Positions 40,073 to 52,199 of a stretch of 64,000 bases of DNA are shown piece by piece (the first letter of the stretch is position 1; each line of letters starts with the position of its first letter). This DNA is from the human T2T-CHM13v2.0 reference genome, Homo sapiens. The DNA lies in NCBI RefSeq assembly GCF_009914755.1, contig NC_060944.1; one strand, given 5' to 3'. The notes below the pieces were generated by a model. That model saw only the letters and a list, made by a program, of their open reading frames with translations, did no database searches and was not told the DNA's origin. A program made the translations under genes and the position numbers.

Positions 40073-40947
40073 CTCCAGACAGTAGGCAAAGGAGGATCCT
40101 CCTATGACATAGTGGATCATGGAAGAAAGGACCAGAGAGGGTCACACCTTACCCAAGGTCACTCAGAGAGTTGGTGGTAGGACTTAGGTCTCTCCAGCCA
40201 ACAGGAAGGCATGCCTGCTGAGCTTTCCCACTGGAGGCTCCCTCCCCCAGGGTGAGTGTTGAGTGCCAACGATATGGCAGGAGCTGGCTGCCTGTCCCAA
40301 TAAATGCAAAGGTCCCATGAGCAGCCCGTCCTTTTCAGAGCCCTCTGCTCTCCAGCTGAGCTGAGGTGGGGTTCGCTCTGCTCCTAGCTGTGGCACTAGG
40401 AAAACAGCTGTGGCTTTGATGTCAAACAGACCAGATTTCAAATCCTAGCTCTGCCACACCCATACTGTGGGACTCCAGGCACAGCACTGAACATCTCTCA
40501 CCCTCTGTTTCCCCATCTGAAAAATGGGCAGTTTGGATTAGAGAATCGCAAACGCCCAACTAACTCTGATGTTCTGATTTTCTGACAAATTAGGGTATCC
40601 GGTGTCTTAGTCCTGGCTGTGCCTGCAACTCAAAGTGGCATCTTGGGCAAGTCACTGCCCCTCTCCAGAACCCACTCTCCTCAATCTGCCATTCACCTTC
40701 AAGCAGCCAACACTCCAGTCACACAGAACTTCTCATTGTGATCTAAACCGTGAATTCTTCCCTGCGTTGGTTCATGCTGCCCCTCTGAAATGCTCTCCTG
40801 CCCATTATCCACCTGGAGAACTATTCATCTTTTTAAGACTGAGCCCAAGTCATTTGCTCCAGGGGGTCTTTCTGATTCCTGCAGGCAGAGTTAATCACTC
40901 CCTCTTTTGTTCTGTTCTGGTGCTTCTAGAAGAGCACCAGCCACTGG

Positions 40948-40990
<43 letters not shown>

Positions 40991-40991
40991 T
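40948..40991. repeat. (TG)n microsatellite
   Basis: Direct reading. Confidence 0.95.
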
Positions 40992-41747
40992 CTTCCCCAC
41001 TAGACTGAAAGAGTCCTTGCAGACAGATCCTGGGTCTTCCTAATCCTAATGTTTTTGTGGTCCACACAGTGCCTGGCACAGAGTAGATGCTCAGTATATG
41101 TTGAGTAAGTAAGAATGAATGAATTGGGGGAGGAGACTGCCAAGACCCCTTAGTGGTTACAACCCTCTAGAATCCAGGGAAGGAGGCCAACCTCTTGCTG
41201 TCATCTGGTCTGAAGACTGCCCCCATCCCCAGTCCTAGCAATGGCCTGTTGCCTCAGCCACCCACACATTCTGTGGACTCAGAGAGTACCTTGGACAGCA
41301 ACCAGACACTTTATAAAAAATGCTTTTATCCTCCATGAAGCTGCCGCTACAGGGAGCTGTCTGTGCTGACCTGCATCTCCGTGTGTGCATGGAGACATGT
41401 GCTTGTAGAAGAGGCCTTGCTTCTTCCATTTTTCAATCCATCCCAGGCCTTTCTGAGGATCAGGCAGGGAACCTATGTTTTTCATGTTTATGTTTCTGAA
41501 TGTGCAGTCTCCGACCCAAGATAGGGGTGGCTGGGGGTAGGGGGAGAACTTTGGAATTCCCTCCCTCTAATAGTCGTTTGAGGAATCCACTCTTCCTCTG
41601 AGCCACATGTCCCCAAATTGTCCACAACCCTATTCCACGAAGTCCTCTGACTAAAGAAACCAGATCTCAGTTCCTGGTTTTGGGGGTGGGGAGGAGAGAG
41701 GTGGTCTGTGTTCTTTGAGATCCATCCATTCAACAGGTATTTTCTGA

Positions 41748-42066
<319 letters not shown>

Positions 42067-43749
42067 TTATGTTTAACTTATTGGAGTCTCAGTTTCTTCA
42101 CTTGTAAAATGGGGGTAGGGGTAGGTAGATATGCCTGCAAGACCAAATCCTTAAAAGGGGGCAGCTTTATGGTTTATGCATTGATCCTCAGTGCAACACA
42201 TCAGCTTCAACCTTCACCTAAAAGCAGGACTGGATGTCCTCATTCAGCTGCGTCCTTCCTGTGGAGCCCTAGTTAAGCCCCTTCCCTTCCTTGAGTCTCT
42301 GGTTGCAAACGAAGTGGGTTCTGTTCTCTAAGTTCTGGTTCAGCTGTGGGGTCCTGAGTTTCTAGGATTCTATAATGATGCTGAGGAGCCATGCAACCTC
42401 CTCTTTCTTCCTCCTGCCCCAAGGAAGGGGCTGGGGCCTCAGACAGGAGATGGGGACACACCAGAGCTTCCCAGGGGTGGTAGGAGGGTGCGGAAAGAGG
42501 AAGATCTGTCCTAGCTGGGGTGTGAGAGACAAGTTAACAGCTCAATTGTTATTTCAATTACACGGATTATTTGAAAACAATGTTTATGAGTTTCATCACT
42601 GACAACCCCGGGAAATGGCTGCTATGGCAACCAGGGAAAAGAATGGCCCTGACCAGCCAATCAGAAGTTCCAACTGTGCCCCAGTTTGTACAAACTCTCC
42701 CTTCTCCACAGGGCTCCCCCCAACCTCTGCTGGGGTGGGTAGGTGGGGGCTTGGGAGAAAGAGGGAAAGAAAGGGGCAAGGAAAAGGCTACTCTGTAGAA
42801 GGGAAGAGGACAACTGAAAAAACTGAGGCACTAGGAGAAGTGGGATTCCTGGCATTGGCTGTTCATCCCAAATTCTTCAAGGGCAAGAACATATCTGACC
42901 CACTGCACCTTCCCGGTGCCCAGCACAGGCCTGGCACCCGGCAGACAGTAACAGGGCTTGTTCCAGAGCTGCCTGTGGCTGAGGAGGGGTTTCTTCTTCA
43001 CACCCTTCATTCTCTGCTCACTGTCTGGAGGGAGAGAATTCTCCGAGACCTCTTCCACGAAGGGCACACACAATTGGCCTTGTCTTTCACTGCCAGGAAG
43101 AGAACAGGCATGCGAGGAGCCTCTCACTGGCAGGTGAGATCTGTGAGGTTCTGGGGTGTCTCTGAGAGCCCTGGATGTCTTTCCCTGCTGCCCTCTGCAG
43201 AGGCCGCCTCTCCATGCAACGTCCTTTGGCCCAGACTTCTCCAAATGAGGCACCCCAGTGGTCTCCAGAAAAAATGTTTTTGCTTTGAGAATATCCTGTG
43301 CTCTCCCTATTCAGAAAGAGGCCAACTTGACAGGAAGCTGGCTGGACTCTAGCTCTGCAGAACTCCCTCCTGAAAGCCCATTTGCTACCCAGCCTGAGCT
43401 CTCCGCTGTCCACTCCTGTGTTCCCGAATCCCTCATCACATTTACTTTTAAAGAAACCCTTACATAGGGCTTATGAATGCTAGGCACTGTTCTAAGTACT
43501 TTACAAACATTAGCTTGTTTCATTCTCACCACAAGCCTGTAACGCAGCTACTGTGATTATCATCTCCACTTTACAGATGGGGAAACTGAGGTGGTTAAGT
43601 AACTTGTGTAAGGACAGGCAGCTAGGAAGGGGGGCAGCTCAGGGAGCAGAACCCAGGAAGTCCAGCTTCCAAAATCCAAGTCCAGCTTCCAGAATCCAAG
43701 CTCTGGGCTGCCATCCTCATTCCTCCTGATAGGTGATGATCCAGCTTAA

Positions 43750-44094
<345 letters not shown>

Positions 44095-45189
44095 TGTTGC
44101 CTCATCTTTTTATATCAGGAGCCTCCCAGGTGCTTGTCCTGAAACTCCTGGGCCCTCTTTTTGTATCTTCGCAGTAGGGGAGTGGCAGACAGATATAAGA
44201 GAAGAGGCACCTGAGGATGTTACCAATAAGTGGACGTCTGTAGATCAGTGCTGGTTCTCACAGCCCGAAGTCCTGATCTGGCTGTAAGGCAGGGAGGGGC
44301 ATCTTCATTAATTTGGTACCCACTGTGAGGACACTATTTGCTCATTATCTCGTTCATTCCAGCAAGGGAGGTCTTACACTCCTCATTTTACAGATGAGTA
44401 AACAGAGGCTCAGAAAGTCAAACACTTGCCCAAGGCCATCCAGCTAAAATGTATCCAACAGGGATTGGTGCCCAGATCTGCCTGTCTCTGACTGCCATTA
44501 GCAAAAGACATTATTCCTGTCCTCAATGGACCAGTTAGAGAGGCAAGACAGGTAACAATGGTTCGCAAAGGGCTGAAACAGGGCACTGAGATTGAATAGA
44601 TGTGAGGGCTCAGCCCAGGTGAGCAAAGGTTTGCAGGTGGGAATGGGCCCTGGAGCAATGGCCTAGCGGGTATGTGTCTGAGCTCATCAGGTGACCATGT
44701 CAGATGATGAGTTGGGGCTTTGAACGCCAAGCAGATGGTTTGGCGCTGACAGGCAAGGCCACAGGGAGCCACTGCTGTCTTAGGAGCCTCTTTCCCTCCC
44801 TCCTGAGGCAGCCTCCCTCTCGCACAGCAGAGCAATTTCCCAAAGCATTTTCTCTAATTTGTGATTGTTTTTCTAACCAGAAGCAGCAAGAGTCTCCAGC
44901 TTCTCCCAGCCCGTAAGACGAGCCTGATGGAGCTGCCAAAGCTGCAGGTCTCCACCCCCAGCCCAGCCCACTTGGGGACTTACAAGTCCCTCTGTCCTAA
45001 AAGCCCACCCATGGTACTAGGCAGGCTGCGGGGAGGGTCTTATGGTCCCAAATCCAGGGGCTTCTTTCCCAGCCTGAAGCTGGCTGAGTTGATGCAGAGA
45101 CCTGGGAGTGACTTTAAGCTGGGGCCACCCACTGCTGGCTGATTGTGCCCCGCGGACATCAAGGGCTGGTACCCTGGGACAGAGGGTGG

Positions 45190-45745
45190 CATGAGGGCTC
45201 GAAGCCAGGGGCTGCTCAAGGGCTCCAGGAGGGGCAGGGGCTGAGTGAGGAGGTCAGGGCTCTGTGAGTAGGGATGCGGGCTCCTTGAGGGAATGCAGGC
45301 TCAGAGAGGAGATGAGTCTTCAGTTCAGGGGACAGAAATTCTGTGGGAGAACAGGGGCTCTGGAAGGGGCAGGCATTCCAGAAGGTGACCAGGAGCTAAG
45401 TAACAGGAGGTGCTCAGGGATGGAACGGGGGCTCAGGGATGGGATGGGTCTCCAGGAAGGGTGGGGGGCTCCGTGGAGGGTTAGAGCTTTCACAGGGGGT
45501 GCAGGAGCTCTGTGGAGATTCTGGGGAATTGGGGGCTCTATCTTGAGAGAGGACCAGGCCTCCACAAGGAGATGGGGACTCCAAGAAGAGACGGGCGCTC
45601 TGTGGGAGGTGGGGATCTGGCCAGGGGCTCAGCTGCAGGGCTGGGGTTTGTGAGCACAAAGGCTCAGAAAAGAGAGTGCGGGCTCAGTGAGGGGATGGGG
45701 GCTAACATGCTGGGGACAGGGGTTCTGGGAGGGGCTCGGGGCTTT
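45190..45745. repeat. Highly degenerate G-rich tandem repeat, ~19-bp period
   Basis: GGGGCTC-like core recurring every 18-21 bp, about 28-30 times. Confidence 0.6.
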
Positions 45746-46139
45746 CCAAGAGGATGAGGGCTTGGAGAGAAATGGTGGCTTATGAAGGGACAGTGGCAGT
45801 GAGACAGTGGGAAGGCCCTTCCTCCAAGGTTGTTTTGGGGATTAAATGCAGCCATCTCCTCCCTGACCCACTACCCAGGTGCCCTACCTCAGCTGACCCA
45901 TCCTAGCCACAGGCTTGTCTCCTTGGCTTACACAGCCCTGTGCCCCTGATGGTCCCCTCACCTTCGTCCTCTGCTCCACCACTCCCCCTACCCACCTCTT
46001 CTCAAGGCAAGATCCCGACGCCCCCTCTACTAACTCCTCCACAAATGTCCCACTCTGCACCCATTTCCTCAAAGTCACCTCTATAGATGATATCCCCCTA
46101 CAGCCCAAATGCATTATCAGATCGGTACTTCAGACACCT

Positions 46140-46370
46140 GTAATGATCAATAAGGTTGTCCTCCCTCACAGCCAACCTCAATCTGTCTAGCTGCAAGTGC
46201 AGCCAATTTCTTCTGTTCTGTCCTGGAAATAGAAAAAAAAAGGCTCATCTACAGGCCACTGTTCATTCCATTCTTCTTCACTTTGGATACATAAAGTCTC
46301 CTCTCAAACTTCTCTCTTCTAGGTAAAATCATTCTGGTTCTTTTCCTTGGCTTTTCTAATCATTATCTTT
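46140..46370 (-). mobile_element. L3/CR1 fragment
   Basis: ccaacctcaatctgtctagctgcaa...ttcttctgttctgtcct...aacttctctcttctaggtaaaa. Confidence 0.6.
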
Positions 46371-46554
46371 AGTATCAGGTATCTTCAAATGCTGTGTTAA
46401 GGTTTTATCAGAGCCTGGCACATAGTAGGCTCACAAGAAATGTATCTTGGATGGATGGAGAAGTTGGTAGATTCTGAGGGTGAATGAGGGTGGAGAGACA
46501 GGTAGTAAGAAGACGGAAAGAAAGGTGGTGATACACGTGTAGGTAAATAACGGG

Positions 46555-46752
46555 TTGGTGGATAGATGGGTGGAGGTGGGTGAGGGGTGAACTGCAGGCA
46601 GATGGATGTTTAAATGGAGGTGGGTGGGCTGGAGGATGATGGATTGGATAAATGGATGGATTGATGAATGGGTGGATGGATGGATGGATGGATGGGTGGG
46701 TGGATGGATGAGTGGATGGATGGCTGGCTTAGATGGGATGCTGGCTGGATGA
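46555..46752. repeat. Degenerate (TGGA)n repeat
   Basis: ggatggatggatgggtgggtggatgg... Confidence 0.88.
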
Positions 46753-47602
46753 ATAATCTCAGCTGGCATCTCAATTTTCCCCTGCCTCTCCCAAGCATAG
46801 GCTCCCCTAATTTGGTTAATGGACCCCAGTTCTCCCAGACACCAGGCCTGAGACTTTGTCATATTTCATTCCACCCTCTCCCTTATCTCCCACAACCAAG
46901 CAGCTCTGAGTCCTGTTGATCCTATTTCCTTGGGGCCTTTCTCCCTGGCCCCTGTTCTCTACAACTTCATTAAGCCCCCACCCCACTTATCTCCTGGACA
47001 ATTTCAGCTGTCCCCGTCTGTTGCCTCCTTTCTCTTTCCTTCAAGTCCATCCTAAAACACTGTCAACAGCAAGATCTTTCTACAGCTTAATTCCAGCCAG
47101 CAACCTTCAATAGCTTCCTACTGCTTACATTCCTCAGCCTGGAGCTCCACGCATCTGAATTCAGCTGCACCTTCCCTTTCTGGTCCTCTCTGTCTTTCCT
47201 CCCCTCCATGTCCTCTGTGCCCTGGTCAACGGGGCAACCAGCTGACACCGAAGCCTTTGCCAAGCTCCTCCTCTTTGCTCATGCTCTTTCCACCTGCAGA
47301 AAACACCTCCACCTGCAGCAGCGTCATCCTAGCTTCAACACACAGCTCAAATACTGCCTCCCCCACGAAGCCTCCCCCAGTGCCTTCGACCAGACAGAGT
47401 CAAGCGCATCACTTCCTCAAGAGCATTTATGGAGCACCTACTATGTGCCCAGCTGGCTAATAGGGTCCTGATGGTGGGAGGGCTAGGACACAGGAGAGAC
47501 ACAACCTTTGCCTTCCAAGGTACACAGCCTGCTCATGTAGTCACGTTTGTGTGAGCACGCAGGTGCGTACAAACATATACAGAATTCAAGGGAAAACAAT
47601 AA

Positions 47603-47664
47603 GGGCACAGTGGCTCACGCCTGTGCGAGACTCCGTCTCAAAAAAAAATTAAAATAATAATAAT
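47603..47664 (+). mobile_element. Internally deleted Alu (5' end fused to 3' end)
   Basis: gggcacagtggctcacgcctgt joined to gcgagactccgtctc plus A-rich tail; TSD aataagggca on both sides. Confidence 0.85.
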
Positions 47665-48769
47665 AATAAGGGCAAAATAGCACAGTATTAGTAGCTAGGG
47701 CTCATAGAGCACTGAATATGGGCCTAAGTGCACTGTTCTAAGTGCTTTACTTCTAATAATTCATTTCGCCTTCTCAATAATCCTATGAGATAGGTACAGA
47801 TGAGGAAACTGAGGCAGAAGTTCACTCAGCTAGTAAGTGGCAGGGCAAAGATGGGAACCCTGGTAGTCTGGCTCCTAGGCAGTTCTCTCAACAGCACACA
47901 GTAGGGTCATAAATAGCGCTGTTGGAGTGGGGTGGACAGAGAAAAGTCATGACAAGGCTCATTCTGACCTCCCAGCCCCCTCCCACTCTGCCAACTTAAC
48001 TCCCTTCTCTTCAAGCCATTTGAATAAATGGACACTGAAATAGACTGAGCTAGGGGCAAAGGATTCAGTCTGCTCTGAGACACCATAGGGCCCTGGGCAA
48101 GTTCCAGCCTCTCCCTGGTCCTCAGTTTCCCTTCTGTATCAAGGACTTGGACTCGTCAGTCCCTAAAGGCCCTTTCAACTCCAAAATGCATAACCCTAAA
48201 CACAGCCACTTGGATCCTAGAAGACGCAGGCCTTGGCAACCTCCTGGCCTGGGGGGTGGGCTGCCTCTCCCAGGAACTCTCTGTTGTCCCTGAATACACA
48301 ATTTCAGCCTCTGGTCCCTGTGGGCCCCGCTGTGAGGCCACAGTCCTATGTCTGGTTACCTGAGTCTGTCTGGCTTGTCACCTACCCATCATCTTGTCTA
48401 CCCACTGACCTGGATCCACCTGCTTCTGCTTCCCATCCATCAGCCTGCCCGGGCCCATCCACCTTATGTCCCCCGCCTGCCTGGTGCCTGTCACTCTGCC
48501 CATCACACACACAAGCGCGCGTGTGCGTGCGCGTGCACACACACATACACACACACTCCACCTCCCCAGCTCCCCTCCCCTACTCTGCAAGCACTACGGT
48601 GACAACAAAGAATATGGGGCGGGGCTTTCTGCTTTTTTGACTCGCAGAGGGGTCTGTGGTGTTAACATCTGGACCAACTTTCCAGAGGCCAAAACAGTTC
48701 TCTGCCATCCAGCATCCTTCCCTTCCCCAGGGACCCCCCAGTCCCCTCTTCGCTGGCCCCAAGGGGCTT

Positions 48770-49190
48770 CTACTTGAGGAATCTGGTGAGCGCCACACGA
48801 CTCCTGCCAAAAACGTCCCAGTGGTCCCTGAAGAAATCATCGGACAAGAGCGTGAAGATGTGTGTACAAGGATGTTCATGGCAGAATTGTTTGTAATAGC
48901 GAAGGACTGGAAACAACCCAAATGTCCAACAGTGGGGGCTGGTTAAATGAATTATGGGCAGCCACACAATGGAGAACCATGCAGCTCTTGAAAAATGATG
49001 ATGTAGATGTATATTTATCGAAATGGCAAGACATTCACAATATATTATAGGGTGAAAAAAAGCAGGTTACGGAGGCATATGTATAAAGCAAGATGCCATT
49101 TTTATTTTTTAAAAATCTATATATGTCAAGAAGGATATGCACTGAAATGGTAGCCAAGTGGTGGTAAAATTATGGCTAATTAAAAATGCT
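48770..49190 (+). mobile_element. Old L1M fragment with ORF2 C-terminal relic
   Basis: Translation EDVCTRMFMAELFVIAKDWKQPKCP resembles the L1 ORF2p C-terminus (TCTRMFIAALFTIAKTWNQPKCP). Confidence 0.85.
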
Positions 49191-49493
49191 TTCATATATA
49201 AAAAGGTACATACATATATACATATATATAAATTTACACACACACACATACACACACACACAGAGAGAGAATCACTCTGTATTAAATACTTCATATGAGC
49301 CCCGTGCAGTGTTAAGCGCTTTGTCTGTATTACTTCATTTCTCCAGTCCTTGGAGGTAGGTTTTGTTACAACCATTTTCTAGATGAGGAAACAGAGGCTC
49401 ACTCAGCTATTAAGTGGCAGAGCTGGAACTTCAACTCTGCTCTGTCTGGCTCCAGAGCCCATGCACCTAATCAGTAGGTTGTCATGTTTCTCA

Positions 49494-49843
<350 letters not shown>

Positions 49844-50244
49844 TATATATATAGTATATATATTATATCGACTTGAGTGATAAAGAAACAACAGAAGTTA
49901 ATAAGACAACGAAAGAATGAGGCTGGTGAACTATACATGGCAATGTGCCCTCAACTTCTGGGCTCCTGGACAGGAGGTCCCCACCAGCGGGTGCATCCTT
50001 CTCTCCTCTCTAAGTGCCTGTGTATTAGCATGGTCCAGCTCTCTGGGGAGGGGCCAGGCAACCCTGGTCAGAGTTGGGCCTTAGTCTTGCAGACTTCAAG
50101 GCTGCATGGCCTCAGGCCCCCTCTCCTCACACCCAAATTTAATTCAGTGAATGGAGTGAGTGCAGCTTTGCACCATATGCCACGCTAGACCCTAGGGAGG
50201 AAAAAATGAAAAAGCCCAGTGCCTGCCTTCAAGATCTTCTCATA

Positions 50245-50474
50245 CAGGGCTTGGTTTCTCAGCCTCCACACTATCAACAGTTTGAGCTACATGAGTCTTT
50301 GCAGTGGGGTGGGGGGGACTGTCTTGTGCGTTGTAGGCGGTTTGGCAGCATCCCTGGCCTCTACCCATCAGATGACAGCAGCAGCCTTCTACGCAGTAGT
50401 GACAGCCAAAAATGTCTCGAGACATTGCCAAGAGTCCTCTGGGGGGCAAAATTGCCCCCAGTTGAAAAACACTG
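50245..50474 (-). mobile_element. MER20
   Basis: ggtttctcagcctc...gcagcatccctggcctctaccca...ccagttgaaaaacactg. Confidence 0.88.
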
Positions 50475-50639
50475 ATCTAATGTGCTGCAGATGACACAAG
50501 GCAGGCAGTGAGAAAAGAAAACTAAACTAATTGCTACAGAGGTTCAAAATATAGACAGGAGTCACGTGTGCCTGGCTGGGTCCAAGAAGGCTTCTGGGGA
50601 TGAACCCCGTCCCCGAACCTTGAGAGCGCCTCAAGATTC

Positions 50640-51560
50640 TTTCCATTTTACAGACTCATCCTGGATGGTGAGCTCCTCCTTCCTCATGGCCTCAAAACTC
50701 TATTTCCAGCCCAGAACTCTCTGAGTGGGCCTAGATGTTTTTGCATGACTATCCATCCAGCATCCCCACTCATGTATCCCATTAGGATCTCACCCTCGAC
50801 CTGTCCACAGCTGGTCCTCACCTCTTCTTGAAAGCCCTTCTCCTCTTCATTTCGCATCTTCACAACCCACACAGCCTCCCGAGCCAGGAATGGGAACTCC
50901 TTCTCTCCCCCATGCCCAGGCAGTTACTTAGCCCTGTCCATTCCACTCCCACAGCCCTCACAAGTGAGTCCCCCTCCATGCCTCAGACCCAGACACCAGC
51001 AGCCCGGGACCTGGTCTTCCCCACCCAGCAGCAGGATGAGGCTTCTAATGGCGAATCTCCACGCGCCACTCCCCTGCTGAAAACCTGTGCGTGGCTCCCC
51101 GCTGCTCTCGGGATGAAGGCCAAGCTCCTTGTGTGGCTTTCAAGACCCACGGGACCTGGCTGCTGCCCACCTCGCTGGCCTGGTTTCCCATGACTCCCAC
51201 TCCCTGAACCCCAACCTCTGTGTGTTCTCCTTCAGCCAACTGAAATCTCAGTTCCTCTGCTATTCTCCCTCCCCTTGGGGCCTTGGTACCCCTTGGCATG
51301 GAGGCTGCCTTCTCTGCTCTTATTCCTCCCTACCCTCCTTTATCCCATAGATAACTGCGAGACAGCCTGCAGGTGTGCCTCAACAGCACTTCCTCCTAGA
51401 AGCCTCTGCTGCCCCGCCCACTGGCTGTCACAGTTATGAGAATTGTTCATCTTCCTCCCTGGACCACCAGACTCCTGTCAGCTGGGATTCAGGCTGCTTG
51501 CTCACCATTGTGTCTCCACCATGCAGCACAATGCTTAACACATAGTAATGCTTTATATGT
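50640..51560 (+). mobile_element. L2 fragments
   Basis: ctatttccagcccagaactctct...cagcacaatgcttaacacatagta. Confidence 0.65.
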
Positions 51561-52153
51561 AAATATATGTAAATGCTTTATATGTAAATATATATATATA
51601 CATTTTAAACTGGATAATGAATGTATGGTCAGACAGGCAGATGGGTGATGCAAGGAAGAGGTGCTATTTGGGTTGGGTCCTTAATGCTTTGGAATATCTT
51701 CGGGGAAGGTTGTTCAGGTGGAAGGGCAGGTGGGGCTGGATGCAGGAGTGTCAGATTGGAGGCACAGTGGGAGATAAAGGAGGATGCAGACGGATTACAA
51801 GGACCTTGAATGTCATAGTGCCGAGTCTGGACTTAATTCAGTAGGCAATGGGGAGCCATGGAAGGGTTTTAATCAAGCCAGTGACACGATCCCACCTGCG
51901 TTAGAGAACGATCGCTCTGGTTGCCGCAGGGGTTGCAGCGGGAGGGTATCAGAGGCTGGGAGACCAGGGAGGAGGCTGCCACAACAGGTTAGGCATGAAC
52001 CAGTGAGGTCTGAGCTGGAGAAGGGATCGCGAGATGGATGAGAGGGGAGAAAAGGTAGAGATTAGGATGAAATGAATCTGTGGGACTCTAGAACATGTTC
52101 CCACACTGCCGGCTGCATGCAGGGACTCCACCTTCCTCAAGGCAAAGGAAGAA

Positions 52154-52199
52154 GGATCCTGAAGTCAGAGACGGATCCTGAAGTCAGAGACAGATCCTG
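52154..52199. repeat. 19-bp tandem duplication
   Basis: ggatcctgaagtcagagac x2 (52154-52172, 52173-52191) plus agatcctg. Confidence 0.95.

Noticed and set aside
42615-43352. 245-aa + strand ORF starting MAAMA
   Set aside because: No homology recognised and it crosses repeat-derived sequence; within chance for this GC content.
48656-48946. ORF with a real protein motif (CTRMF...WKQPKCP)
   Set aside because: Decayed L1 ORF2 C-terminus, not a host gene.
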